A DNA stretch of 64,000 nucleotides from Deinococcota bacterium. GTDB lineage: Bacteria; Deinococcota; Deinococci; Deinococcales; Thermaceae. Position 1 is the stretch's first letter. The number at the start of each line of letters is the position of its first letter. The translations under genes and the position numbers were made by a program. The stretch covers positions 53,683 through 117,682 of the forward strand of contig JBGFRI010000004.1 in the NCBI GenBank assembly GCA_041695225.1, written 5' to 3'. The notes under the pieces are model-generated. The model was given only the letters and a program-made list of their open reading frames with translations. It was not told where the DNA came from and searched no databases. This document shows positions 31,126 to 41,311 of the stretch, one piece after another.

Positions 31126-31194
31126 CTGTACTTGGTACAAGCTACCGGTAATTGGACATTAGCCTCGAGGTTTTCATACTTTTATCCAGTACAA
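31126..31194. promoter_or_regulatory. Two Thermus FadR-like boxes
   Basis: CTGTACTTGGTACAA (31126-31140, 14/15) and TTTTATCCAGTACAA (31180-31194, 13/15) against TTRNACYNRGTNYAA. Confidence 0.5.
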
Positions 31195-31244
31195 TCGGGC
31201 GTCTGGACGTTATCCTGTTGGGTTCCTCCGGGAGGTTCGCTTAC

Positions 31245-32720
31245 GTGCAAAATCTTTCTTCTCTAGCCCTGCCCTGCATCATCCAGGGCGGCATGGGCGT
31301 ATCGGTCTCTAACTGGCGACTGGCAAAAGCCGTCTCTCTACTGGGGCAGCTAGGGGTGGTTTCAGGAACCACCATGGACTCGGTAATGGTGCGGCGCCTG
31401 CAGGACGGCGACCCCGGTGGACTGGTGCGCCGGGCCCTGGCGGCGTTTCCCTTTCAACAATGGGTCAAGCCCGTGCTGGACAAATATTACCAGCCCGAAG
31501 GCCGCCAGGGCAGACCCTACAAGCGCATCCCCATGCCTACCGGCCTGGCCAGCACCGCCTCGCAGGTTCTGCATGTGCTGGGTGGCTATGTGGAGGTGTT
31601 TTTGGCCAAGGAAGGCCATTCGGGGCTGGTGGGAATGAACCTCCTGACCAAGCTGCAAATTCCCACCCTGGGCACGCTCTATGGGGCCATGCTGGCCGGG
31701 GTAGATTATGTGCTGATGGGGGCGGGCATCCCCCGCGAGATCCCCGAAGCCCTGGACCGGCTGGCAGCGGGACAGACGGCCTCGCTCAAGCTAGATGTGA
31801 CCGGCTGGTCGCACGCAGAAGCAGCCCGGCTTCAGTTCAACCCGCATGAGATAGCCGGCCAGGTCCAGCACCTTAAACGTCCTAGCTTTTTACCCATAAT
31901 TGCTTCCAACTCACTGGCAACCCTGCTGGCCCGCAAGGTCACGGGAACCATTCAAGGCTTTGTGATCGAAGGCCCCACTGCGGGTGGGCACAATGCTCCA
32001 CCACGGGGTGCGCCGGTTTTTGACGAGCTGGGGCAGCCGGTCTACGGCGAGCGCGACGTGGTTGATCTGGAGCAGATTAAGGCCCTGGGCCTGCCTTTCT
32101 GGCTGGCCGGTGGGGCGGGCTCGCCCGAAGGTCTTGAGGAGGCCCTAAGCCGTGGCGCAGCGGGCATCCAGGTCGGAACACTGTTTGCCTATAGCCAGGA
32201 ATCGGGTTTTGAGCCCAGCCTCAAGCGAACAATTCTCGAGCGGGCCGCAAGGGGAGAGGTCAAAGTCTTTACCGACCCCAAAGCCTCGCCCACTGGCTTT
32301 CCCTTCAAGGTAGCCCTGGTAGAGGGTACCCTGTCGCAAACTGAGGTCTACCAGCACCGCACACGGGTATGCGATCTGGGCTATTTGCGTGAAGCCTATC
32401 AGACCGCCACAGGAAAAATCGGATTCCGCTGCGCTTCCGAACCCATAGACCAGTACCTGGCAAAAGGCGGCGAACTCGCCAGCACCGAAGGGCGCAAGTG
32501 CTTGTGCAATGCGCTGATGGCGGCGGTGGGGCTGGGTCAGGTGCAGAAAAACGGCGACCAAGAGCTGCCCCTGGTGACCAGTGGGGATGACCTCGAGCGT
32601 ATTAACCGGTTCGTGGCCCAGTTTGGCGTAAATTACAGTGCTAGAAATGTGGTGGAATATCTACTGGGTGGGCCGGTCTTGTCCGAGCCAAAGGCCCAGC
32701 AAGTGTTAGTAGGCGGGTAA
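31245..32720 (+). CDS. Nitronate monooxygenase / FabK-like flavoprotein with a C-terminal Cys cluster
   Basis: IIQGGMG, EGPTAGGH, LAGG, GIQVGT; CDLG..C..CLC. Confidence 0.8.
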   Translation: MQNLSSLALPCIIQGGMGVSVSNWRLAKAVSLLGQLGVVSGTTMDSVMVRRLQDGDPGGLVRRALAAFPFQQWVKPVLDKYYQPEGRQGRPYKRIPMPTGLASTASQVLHVLGGYVEVFLAKEGHSGLVGMNLLTKLQIPTLGTLYGAMLAGVDYVLMGAGIPREIPEALDRLAAGQTASLKLDVTGWSHAEAARLQFNPHEIAGQVQHLKRPSFLPIIASNSLATLLARKVTGTIQGFVIEGPTAGGHNAPPRGAPVFDELGQPVYGERDVVDLEQIKALGLPFWLAGGAGSPEGLEEALSRGAAGIQVGTLFAYSQESGFEPSLKRTILERAARGEVKVFTDPKASPTGFPFKVALVEGTLSQTEVYQHRTRVCDLGYLREAYQTATGKIGFRCASEPIDQYLAKGGELASTEGRKCLCNALMAAVGLGQVQKNGDQELPLVTSGDDLERINRFVAQFGVNYSARNVVEYLLGGPVLSEPKAQQVLVGG

Positions 32721-32889
32721 CAGCGCTAGGCACCCCCAAAGCCATCCAGGTCGCCCGCGATCTGGATGGCGTGATTGTGGAGGCCCATGATGCACACACT
32801 CTGGTTTGGCGAATGGGTGCGGTGGGTGGTACCCAAGCTCAGCCAGCACCAACCACCGGGATGCCCAGCGGCTGTGCGACAACTGTTAT

Positions 32890-33321
32890 TCAGGTGGCTC
32901 CGCTCCGAAGGTCGTCGAGCCACACCAAACCAGCAGGAGTCGGGCGGAAGCCCAATGGCAGGTAGAACCGTTCCATCAGCTCGAGGGAAGCATCCACGTG
33001 AACCCACTCGAGCTGGGGATACTCTGCTGCGGCAGCCAGGGCCTCGCGCACCAGCGCTGTTCCAATCCCCCGGTGCCGGTACTCTTTGTGCACCGTGGGG
33101 TCCAGAAGAAACGCGTGAACCCCTCCATCCCAGGCCAGGTTACAGTAGCCCACCAGCCGGTCGCCCTGGAATGCGCAGATCCAGAGCAGGCTGCGCCGTA
33201 GCACCTCCGAGTAGTCTGGGCGCTCGGCTTCCGGGACATCTGGCGCCAATAGCTCCCCCAGAGCCCTGCTGGAGAGCGGCGGCTTTCGTTCGTAGCGAAT
33301 GGTCATCGGTTCGTTTGACAC
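32890..33321 (-). CDS. GNAT acetyltransferase
   Basis: VHKEYRHRGIGTAL, FY..LGF. Confidence 0.85.
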   Translation of the reverse strand: MSNEPMTIRYERKPPLSSRALGELLAPDVPEAERPDYSEVLRRSLLWICAFQGDRLVGYCNLAWDGGVHAFLLDPTVHKEYRHRGIGTALVREALAAAAEYPQLEWVHVDASLELMERFYLPLGFRPTPAGLVWLDDLRSGAT

Positions 33322-33323
33322 GG

Positions 33324-33866
33324 TTAGTCAACAACGCTCTCAGGCTTGAACTCTCCGAATAGGCGGGTGATCAGCAGGTCGAGATCGGGAATCTCCTCGA
33401 ACCTGGCTCGAGGAATGACGCGCTGATTGGGCCGCTCTTTTTTTACCCCTTTTGCGTTCCCGCGAGTGTGCTTTGCTACTCTAAATGACGCTATCTCGTC
33501 GATAGGGGCGCCGGGCGCATTACCAAACCACAGGAATGGGCCAATCTTCATCGTCTCTGGGTCGAAGCGGACCCAAATTACGCACGCGCTTGGTTTGGTA
33601 GAAAGCTTAAGGCTGACTTTCACTTGCTTTGTAGCAGCCTCGTCAAAGGACGATTTGAGTTGAATGTGGCGTACAAAGCCGTTTGCTTCGAGCACCAGGT
33701 CGTAGCCACTGTCTTCGACCTGGGGCTTTAAGACCTCGAACTGCACGATACCCCGAATCCACAGGCATTTCATTATCTCGCCGACCAAGAGATGCTCAAT
33801 CAGCATCTCACGATACGAGGAATGTAGCGTGTGTTGATTCGATGTCACGGCAGCGCGTGGCTCCAT
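33324..33866 (-). CDS. Hypothetical PD-(D/E)xK-like nuclease (start uncertain)
   Basis: GYDLVL...HIQLKSS; lower GC and atypical codon use. Confidence 0.55.
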   Translation of the reverse strand: MEPRAAVTSNQHTLHSSYREMLIEHLLVGEIMKCLWIRGIVQFEVLKPQVEDSGYDLVLEANGFVRHIQLKSSFDEAATKQVKVSLKLSTKPSACVIWVRFDPETMKIGPFLWFGNAPGAPIDEIASFRVAKHTRGNAKGVKKERPNQRVIPRARFEEIPDLDLLITRLFGEFKPESVVD

Positions 33867-33906
33867 ACAAGGGTTAGGCCGCGAATGAAGTGGCAAACCT
33901 TCTCCA

Positions 33907-34659
33907 TCAATGTCCAAAGAGCCAACCTCCATTCACGTTCAGCACTTCTCCGGTGATAAAAGAAGCCTCGGGAGATGCCAAGAAGAGAACGCTTGCCGCC
34001 ACATCACTGGCCTGGCCGGCCCGCCCGACTGGTGTTTGAGCAATAATGCCCTTGACGCGCTCCTCAGGCCATTGCCCGGTAAACTCGGTATCTGCAATAA
34101 AGCCGGGAGCAATGGCATTCACCGTAATGCCCTGCGGGCTCAGTTCTCTTGCGAGAGCATAGGTCATCCCTAGCAGGCCCGATTTGGCGGCGGCGTAGCC
34201 AATGGCCCCAGGCCGACTCCCGCCAGTAAACGCCGCAATTGAACTGATATTGATAATCCGCCCGCCAGGGCGCGGCAAATGCGGTGCGATGGCGATGAAC
34301 ATAAGAAATGCGCCTTTGAGGTTTGTCCCAATTTCATCGTCCCAGACTTGTTCGGCCTGGTCGAGGGGCATGTTGGTGGTAATGCCGCGCACAAAGCCCG
34401 CGTTATTGACCAATACATCGATCTGGCCAAACTGGTCCACAATAGCCTTCACTGCCGCTGCAACTTGATTGCGCTGGCTCACGTCTGCTTGTTGCCAGTT
34501 GCAGTTCGGGCCCACCTCCTGAGCAACCGCTTGCAGTGCCTCACTCCTACGCCCAACGATTACGACCTGGGCCTGATTTCTGGCAAAGCTGACTGCAATA
34601 GCTTTGCCAATGCCGGTGCCTCCACCTGTGATAACAACGACGCGGCTTTGGAAACTCAT
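33907..34659 (-). CDS. SDR family oxidoreductase
   Basis: TGGGTGIG, NNAG, YAAAK. Confidence 0.92.
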   Translation of the reverse strand: MSFQSRVVVITGGGTGIGKAIAVSFARNQAQVVIVGRRSEALQAVAQEVGPNCNWQQADVSQRNQVAAAVKAIVDQFGQIDVLVNNAGFVRGITTNMPLDQAEQVWDDEIGTNLKGAFLMFIAIAPHLPRPGGRIINISSIAAFTGGSRPGAIGYAAAKSGLLGMTYALARELSPQGITVNAIAPGFIADTEFTGQWPEERVKGIIAQTPVGRAGQASDVAASVLFLASPEASFITGEVLNVNGGWLFGH

Positions 34660-35446
34660 AGCGCTTTCAGTGTATCTCCCTTTGGATAGGGTCTCGGGTG
34701 TTAGAATTCGACAAGCGGGCTAACTCCTGTTCAAACCACAACTTGCGGGATATCGTCCTGCTTGGGTAGATAAGTCTCAGTGTCAAGGGCCGATATACCG
34801 AGAAAGTAGTTCATTGGGTCCTCGCTAATTTTACACCAGATTCAAGATTCCAGCCCTGCCGCGGGCAAGCCAGAGTGAAGGCCCACTACCGCGGGCCTGA
34901 ACCGCGTAGCACCTCGACGGCTTTGCGCCCAAAGGCTCGAGGCCCGGATCCGAGGCAGTGGCCTTCTCGCCAATTCCCGTAGTGTGACGAAAGTGGTGTC
35001 TTCCAGCCCCGTTCATGCTCGGTGTTAGGCTCGAGCTACAAGTGCCGGAAGTAGGAAATGACGTTTTAGGGGTCTTGTAGTCTGCGCCCTGATTGCCGCC
35101 AGTTCCTTGCGCATAGCCTTCAGGCCAGGCCCGGCGCAGGGAAGCCAGCCGAGACCACCCGCTCCGGAGACGGCCTTCGAGAGGGCGCTGCCCTGCACGC
35201 CCACCAAAGGGCCTGAAGCATTGGGAGACCTATTCCCAGGGATTGCGCAGAATCATTGTTTGGGTACCCTGGTTGCACTCGATCTTATCTGGGGACAGGC
35301 AGTAGCCCAACCAGGCAGATGGTTTCAATCTCTGGCTTTCGTGCTGGTTGCTCTTGTCTAGCTCGAGCCCTGTGCAGGTAGCCCAGCTTTTGCACATCAA
35401 GCCTTTGCTTATTGGAGTAACGCAGTTTTGGGTTAAACTTGAGTAC

Positions 35447-37273
35447 ATGAAGCAAAAGCGAATCCCCCTGGAAGAACTGGCCCAACTACCCAGCTTTGCC
35501 GCGGTAACACCCAGTTGGGACGGCCAGAAAATTGCATTCTATTGGGATAAAACCGGGCGTTACGAACTCTACGTCATGGATTTACAAAGCCGCGAGGTGC
35601 GCAAACTGACCGATGGCCAGGCCCCTCGCCAACTGCGAGCAGGTTTTGTCTGGACGCGCGACGATAGCGAGATAGTCTTCGCCAAAGACAAAGACGGCGA
35701 CGAGCAAAACAACCTGTTCAGGCTGGATTTGAACACGTCAATGGTGGTGCAACTGGACGACAGCCCCAAAACCCAGGAATACGCCGGCGAGGTGCACCCC
35801 GACAACACCCGCATGGCGGTGATGTCTAACCGGGCCGGACAGATGAATGTCTTCACCCTCAGCCTGCAACACCAGGTTCAGGAGTGGAGACAGCTTACCC
35901 ATTTCAAGGCTCCGGCCTTTGCAGTTGGCTGGAGCCCCGACGGGAAGTGGCTGGCCTTCGTTTCCAACGAGTCGCCCGAGCTGAAGAACCAGGACAGCTA
36001 TCTGGTGCGCGACGACGGCTCGGAGATACGCAAAGTCCTTTCACTGAAGGAAGGCTCACAAGATCAGGTAACCGACTGGCACCCCGATGGCAATCGGCTG
36101 GCCTTCACCTCCGATGTTTCGGGCAGCAACCGGGCCGGAGTTCTGCACCTGGATAGCGGCGAGATTCGCTGGCAGAGCCCAGAGCAGAGCGATACCGAGG
36201 AGTACGCAACCAGCTTCTCCAAGAGCGGAGACTGGCTGGCGGTGATCCGCAACCGCCATGCGGCCATCCTGCCAGTGCTCTACCACCTGGAAACCGGACG
36301 GGCCCGAGAACTTAAGCTGCCGGAGGGGATTGCCGCCGGCGCCCATTTTGTCCTGGGTGATCGCAAGCTGCTGGTGCTGCATACCTCGGCCACCCGCCGC
36401 CCCGAGCTGCTTTTGTACGACCTCGCCAGCGATACCTATGAGGTGCTGCTGGAGGCCGAGTACGGCTCGATTGACCCCGGTGTATTTGTGGAAGACCAGC
36501 ACATCTGGTACGAAAGCTACGATGGACGCAGGGTTCCGGCGCTCCTCTACCAGCCCAAGCATATCGCACCCGGCAGCAGGCTGCCCGCAGTGGTAATAGT
36601 CCACGGCGGCCCCACTGCACAGTTTTTCCGGGGCTTCGACCCGTTTGCGCAGTTTCTGGTTGACCAGGGCTATGTGGTTTTGCAGCCCAATATCCGGGGC
36701 TCCACCGGCTATGGGGTGGAGTGGCGCGACCTCAACCTCAAAGACTGGGGCGGGGCCGACCTGGAAGATGTGGTGGCAGGGGCCAACTACCTCAAAGCCC
36801 TACCCTATGTAGACCCTGGGCGCGTAGGTGTTTTTGGGGGCTCGTTTGGGGGTTTCATGACCTTTATGGCGGTCACCAAAAAGCCAGATGTCTTCAAAGT
36901 AGGCGTGCCCTGGGTGGGCATCACCGATCTGCACAGGCTCTATGAGGAAGACATGGAACACTTCAAGTACTATTTCCGCCAGCAGATGGGCGACCCCGAG
37001 AAGGATTACGCCCTGTGGCGCGACCGTAGCGCGATTGAGTATGCTCACCAACTCCAGGCCCCCATCATGATTGTGCACGGGGTCAACGACCCGCGCTGCC
37101 CCATCAGCCAGGCCCGGATTTTCCGCGACAGGCTGCTGCAACTGGGCAAGCGGGAAGGGGAGGAGTTCGAGTATCACGAGTTTGGCGATGAAGGGCACGG
37201 GCCCGGTGGGGACATCCAGGGCAAGATTCGCACCTACAAGCTGCTGGCGGACTTTTTGGAGCGCCGGTTGTAG
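35447..37273 (+). CDS. S9 family peptidase (acylaminoacyl-peptidase-like)
   Basis: Beta-propeller repeats, VHGGP, GGSFGG, D.R, EGH. Confidence 0.92.
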   Translation: MKQKRIPLEELAQLPSFAAVTPSWDGQKIAFYWDKTGRYELYVMDLQSREVRKLTDGQAPRQLRAGFVWTRDDSEIVFAKDKDGDEQNNLFRLDLNTSMVVQLDDSPKTQEYAGEVHPDNTRMAVMSNRAGQMNVFTLSLQHQVQEWRQLTHFKAPAFAVGWSPDGKWLAFVSNESPELKNQDSYLVRDDGSEIRKVLSLKEGSQDQVTDWHPDGNRLAFTSDVSGSNRAGVLHLDSGEIRWQSPEQSDTEEYATSFSKSGDWLAVIRNRHAAILPVLYHLETGRARELKLPEGIAAGAHFVLGDRKLLVLHTSATRRPELLLYDLASDTYEVLLEAEYGSIDPGVFVEDQHIWYESYDGRRVPALLYQPKHIAPGSRLPAVVIVHGGPTAQFFRGFDPFAQFLVDQGYVVLQPNIRGSTGYGVEWRDLNLKDWGGADLEDVVAGANYLKALPYVDPGRVGVFGGSFGGFMTFMAVTKKPDVFKVGVPWVGITDLHRLYEEDMEHFKYYFRQQMGDPEKDYALWRDRSAIEYAHQLQAPIMIVHGVNDPRCPISQARIFRDRLLQLGKREGEEFEYHEFGDEGHGPGGDIQGKIRTYKLLADFLERRL

Positions 37274-37639
37274 TGGGCGGATCGGCATTATGCGCTGACT
37301 TAGACCTTTGAACATGTTGGAGCAGCTGACCTGGCCCAACCGTTGGCTCTGCCAGCAACCACAAATCTCGCTTACCACGGCTCTGCACCCTCTGCCCCCT
37401 CGTCAAACGCCACCCTCCCGGCCAGGCTGGGAGAGGGAGGCTGGTCAGGCTGAAACAGCGCCTCGAGCAGCGTCTGCTCAAGCAGGACCTGCTACCTGGG
37501 ATGGCTTTGCGGCGCGGCCGCCAGGGTGCCCGATAGATTCACTTTTAGCCGCCGACAAAAGCGCTCCCAGGCGCTTGACGCCTAGATCGGGCCGCCCCGC
37601 CTCGGTGCGTACTTCCAGCTCAGCCGGGGCCTCGAGGAC

Positions 37640-37960
37640 TACCAAGAAACTCCCTTCCTTTTCGTCGCCACAGGTGCATGCAGCTCATAGAAAACTCCCT
37701 TGCTACGGGGCTCTTTCAACCCCCCTTACTAAGGGCTTTTTTCAAGCCCCCCTTACTAAGGGGGGTTGGGGGGATTTGGAGAGTGGGTACGGTGATTTAT
37801 AGAGCCTGCGAAATCGCTGCAAATGTACCCTGGAACAATCCCCCCGGCTCGCTGACGCTCGCCACCCCCCTTGTTAAGGGGGGCATCCCCGACTAGCTAA
37901 AACCTGCCAAGAAACTCCGTTCTGTTTCGTCAGCATGGATGCGCGCAGCTTATGGAAAAC
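37640..37960. repeat. Repeat family C cluster
   Basis: ccaagaaactcc...gcagct(c/t)at repeated; cccccctt...aaggggg hairpins. Confidence 0.75.
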
Positions 37961-38141
37961 TTATTCCTGCAAGTTCTTGATCATGGGGCCATACTGGGCC
38001 TGGGGTTGTCTGAGGCGGCCCGGGCAGAGTCGAGTGGTTCCCGCTAGCCAGTTGGCACATCTGTGACAGGCAGCACTTCGCGAATGCAGTGCGTGGAGCC
38101 TGATTCAACCTTTCGGGCGCCGCAGCAGAGCCTGGTGTGGC

Positions 38142-39155
38142 CTAAGGGGAAGTGGGGGCCTGGTCAATTCGCCAAAGCCGGCCGCTCGAGGTCTCCAGCA
38201 CCGGCGGGAGGTCGGTCAGCAGGATCTCCCGCCAGTCTCTGAGGTCGAAGCTAGTGAGGCGGAGCTGTACCCGCGCCAGATCGATGTCCAGTACCGTCAC
38301 AGATGGGCGCGCCACGGCTTGGCCGAGCAGGCGGCGAGGGCTAACTGCCGCGCCAGCGTGGAGCAGGGTCAGCCCTGCCCGGCGCGCTGGGTAGTAGGCG
38401 TGGTGGTGGCCGCTCAGGTAGATATCTACGCCGCGCTCTTTAAGCCACTGCCCCAGCCGCTCGCCCTGGGCCAGGACCTCGCCGGGCTGGTCGCGCCCTT
38501 CCGCGACGCCAAACAGAGGCAGGTGGCCCATGACCAGGCGCAGGCTGGCCTGTCGAGCGGCCTCGCTTTGTAACTCCCGCTCGGCCCGGGCCAGGGTGTT
38601 GGGCAGTAGCTCTGCACTCGAGGCATCCCAGACCAGTACGAAAAGGGGCCCCAGGGTGAAAGTGTAGTGAAAGGGAAAATCGCCACGGGTGTGAAAGGCC
38701 AGCGCAGGAGGGTGCTGCTGCCAGTAGGCGGCCGCAGCCTGGCGCTCGCGGGCAAAGGCAAAGGTGCCGTTGCGCAGCCGCAGGCTCGAGCCATCGTGGT
38801 TGCCGATGGTCGGGGCGTAGGGGATGCCCGCCGCGCGCAAGGGTCTGGCAATATCGCGCTCGAACGCAGCCCACATCTCGCCAAAGCGTATGTCCGGCAG
38901 CTGGCGGCTCTGGCCCGCTACCAGGTCGCCAGGCAGCAGCACCAGGTCGGGCCGCCAGAGGGTGGCGATGTAGCCAACCACCCGCACCACCCTGGGCGCA
39001 TACTCGGTAGAACCGAAGCTGCCGTTAATGTCGCCCAGGATTACCAGGCGCAGGTCGCCCCGCGCGGGGTTGCTCGGCTGCGCCAGGGCCAGGCCGCAGA
39101 GCAGCAGCGGCATAATAAGGAGTGACTGGTAACGGGCAATGGGAGATCTGTCCAT
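38142..39155 (-). CDS. Secreted calcineurin-like metallophosphoesterase
   Basis: GD, GDLV, GNHD, SGHHH; signal peptide. Confidence 0.88.
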   Translation of the reverse strand: MDRSPIARYQSLLIMPLLLCGLALAQPSNPARGDLRLVILGDINGSFGSTEYAPRVVRVVGYIATLWRPDLVLLPGDLVAGQSRQLPDIRFGEMWAAFERDIARPLRAAGIPYAPTIGNHDGSSLRLRNGTFAFARERQAAAAYWQQHPPALAFHTRGDFPFHYTFTLGPLFVLVWDASSAELLPNTLARAERELQSEAARQASLRLVMGHLPLFGVAEGRDQPGEVLAQGERLGQWLKERGVDIYLSGHHHAYYPARRAGLTLLHAGAAVSPRRLLGQAVARPSVTVLDIDLARVQLRLTSFDLRDWREILLTDLPPVLETSSGRLWRIDQAPTSP

Positions 39156-39234
39156 ATACGCCTATGCGATGGGCCAAGACCCTGACCCTGCGCCTCAAAT
39201 TAGCATCTTCTTTGACAGGTGCTTTTGTGAAGCA

Positions 39235-39350
39235 TCAGGCCAAATGCCTGAGTTTCACCTGGCAGCCGAGATCATTGAGCTGCCGGACCAGGCGGTTGAT
39301 GGCCTTCGACCTGTTCAGCCGGTCGAAGCGACCGCGGCCCAGGTTCTTAT
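39235..39350 (-). pseudogene. C-terminal remnant of an IS110-family transposase
   Basis: KNLGRGRFDRLNRSKAINRLVRQLNDLGCQVKL resembles IS110 C-termini. Confidence 0.5.
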
Positions 39351-39576
39351 GTGCAACGGGTTCAGAGCACCCGGACCAAACCGACCCAGGCTCCGACGTC
39401 ACGCCGGTGTACACCCGGTACCCTGCTTCATGCTCCTGGGCTCTCAGGACAGATGGACAACTCTTGAGCGTCTGAGCCAGCTCAGATGGAGGAAGTCTGT
39501 AAATCTGGCATCGGCCGTTACAACATAATCGAAAAACCCTGCTTGTACGCTGTCTATCAAAGAACACGAACACATC

Positions 39577-39605
39577 TTGACAGCAGATTTAGGACCGACT
39601 AAACT
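39577..39605 (+). promoter_or_regulatory. Promoter with an overlapping DtxR/MntR operator
   Basis: TTGACA-N17-TAAACT; palindrome TTTAG-N6-CTAAA at 39588-39603. Confidence 0.8.
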
Positions 39606-39627
39606 TCTTGTTGGCAAAGGAGTAGGC

Positions 39628-40371
39628 GTGGCTAAATCCTGGGAGGGAAACTCGAGCAGCAGATCCAGCCCCCTTTCTGAAGCGCAGGAAGACTACCTCA
39701 AGCAGGTGCTTCTGCTAGGGAGCGGTGGTGAGGGAATGGGTAGACTGCAAGACACCACTGTTGTTTCTACCCAGGAGCTGGCCAACCGGATGCAGGTTAA
39801 GCCAGCCTCGGTAACGGGGATGCTGAAAAAGCTCTCCGAGCTCGGGCTGGTAGAGTACGAGGCCTACCGCGGTGTACGACTGACCGAGGCCGGGTACAAG
39901 GTGGCCCTGGAGGTGCTGCGCCACCACCGGCTGATCGAGGCCTATCTGCATCAGGCCCTGGGCTACGGCTGGGAAGAGGTGCACGCCGAGGCAGAAAAGC
40001 TCGAGCACCACATCTCCGAAGCCTTCGAGCAGCGCATTGCCCAGTGGCTGGGCCACCCCTCGCACGACCCCCACGGCGACGCAATACCTAGCGCAAGCCT
40101 CGAGCTGCCCCAGACCAACGCCAACCGCCGCTTGTCGGCCCTGAAAACTGGCGAGTCTGGCATGGTGGCGCGGGTCGCGACCCAGGACCAGGACTCGCTA
40201 AACCTCTTTGCTCATCTGGGCCTCAAACCGAGCGCCCAGGTCAAAGTGCTCGAACACCTGCCCCAGGGAAGCCGGGTCTTGATAGGCAATGAACGCTACC
40301 TGCTCCCGGTTAGCCTGGCACAGGTCTTATGGATCAGTCTGGAAGGAGATCAGCAAGATGAAAAGGTTTAG
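39628..40371 (+). CDS. DtxR/MntR metal-dependent repressor
   Basis: EDYLK, RHHRL.E.YL, EAEKLEH, DPHG, FeoA-like C-terminus. Confidence 0.93.
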   Translation: MAKSWEGNSSSRSSPLSEAQEDYLKQVLLLGSGGEGMGRLQDTTVVSTQELANRMQVKPASVTGMLKKLSELGLVEYEAYRGVRLTEAGYKVALEVLRHHRLIEAYLHQALGYGWEEVHAEAEKLEHHISEAFEQRIAQWLGHPSHDPHGDAIPSASLELPQTNANRRLSALKTGESGMVARVATQDQDSLNLFAHLGLKPSAQVKVLEHLPQGSRVLIGNERYLLPVSLAQVLWISLEGDQQDEKV

Positions 40372-41308
40372 CCAAACAAAATCTTTGCTCGTGGGTTGCA
40401 TTGTGCTGGCTTTGGGCTTTTTAGCCCCGGCCGCCGCCCAGCAGCCCGACAAAATTGCCCAGCTTCAGCCGGTGCGCGAGACCCCGGTCCGGGTGGTGAC
40501 CACGGTCAACTTTATCACTGACTTGGTACAGCAAGTCGGCGGTAACCGGGTTCGGGTGGAAGGCCTGATGGGCGCGGGAGTAGACCCCCACCTCTACAGG
40601 CCTTCGGCCGGAGATGTGCGCAGGCTGCAGCAAGCCCACCTGATCATTTATAACGGTCTGCACCTGGAAGGCAAAATGATGGAGATACTGGGGCGCATGC
40701 CCAACGCCATTGCCGTAGCCGACGCCATCCCGCGTGACCGCCTGATCAGGACTCCAGAGGGCGAGTACGACCCCCACATCTGGTTCGACCCCACCCTCTG
40801 GCAGCTGGCAGTCAACCGGGTGCGCGATGCCCTGAGCAGGGTAGACCCAGCCGGGGCCAGCCTCTACCGCGCCAACGCCGAGGCTTATAACCGCCGTCTG
40901 GACCAGCTCGATGCCTTCATTCGCCAGCAGATTGCCCAGGTTCCCCGTGAGCAGCGGGTGATAATTACCGCCCACGACGCCTTTGAATACCTGGGGCGGC
41001 GCTACGGCATAGAGGTGCGCGGAATCCAGGGTATCTCCACGGTGGCCGAGGCTGGGGTTCGCGATATCCAGGAGGTAGCAGATTTTGTAGTTCAGAGGCG
41101 AATTCGGGCAATTTTTGTAGAGGCCACCGTACCCCGGCGGAACATTGATGCGGTGATCGCTGCGGCGCGGGCCCAGGGGTGGAGGGTCTCGGTGGGCGGA
41201 GAGCTTTTCTCCGATGCCGCTGGTGAGCCCGGCACCCCAACCGGAACCTATGTGGGAATGATGGAACATAACATCCGTACCATTGTGCACGGTCTGTTGG
41301 GAAGGTAG
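40358..41308 (+). CDS. Mn/Zn/Fe ABC substrate-binding protein (TroA-like)
   Basis: GVDPHLY, DPHIW, TAHDAF, LFSD. Confidence 0.93.
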   Translation: MKRFSQTKSLLVGCIVLALGFLAPAAAQQPDKIAQLQPVRETPVRVVTTVNFITDLVQQVGGNRVRVEGLMGAGVDPHLYRPSAGDVRRLQQAHLIIYNGLHLEGKMMEILGRMPNAIAVADAIPRDRLIRTPEGEYDPHIWFDPTLWQLAVNRVRDALSRVDPAGASLYRANAEAYNRRLDQLDAFIRQQIAQVPREQRVIITAHDAFEYLGRRYGIEVRGIQGISTVAEAGVRDIQEVADFVVQRRIRAIFVEATVPRRNIDAVIAAARAQGWRVSVGGELFSDAAGEPGTPTGTYVGMMEHNIRTIVHGLLGR

Positions 41309-41311
41309 CCT

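Noticed and set aside
34730..35400. Short ORFs in the intergenic patch
   Set aside because: No motifs or consistent codon bias; probably decayed DNA
37290..37630. Remnant of a restriction enzyme N-terminus (TEAGRPDLGVK on the minus strand)
   Set aside because: Too short and broken to support without a database search
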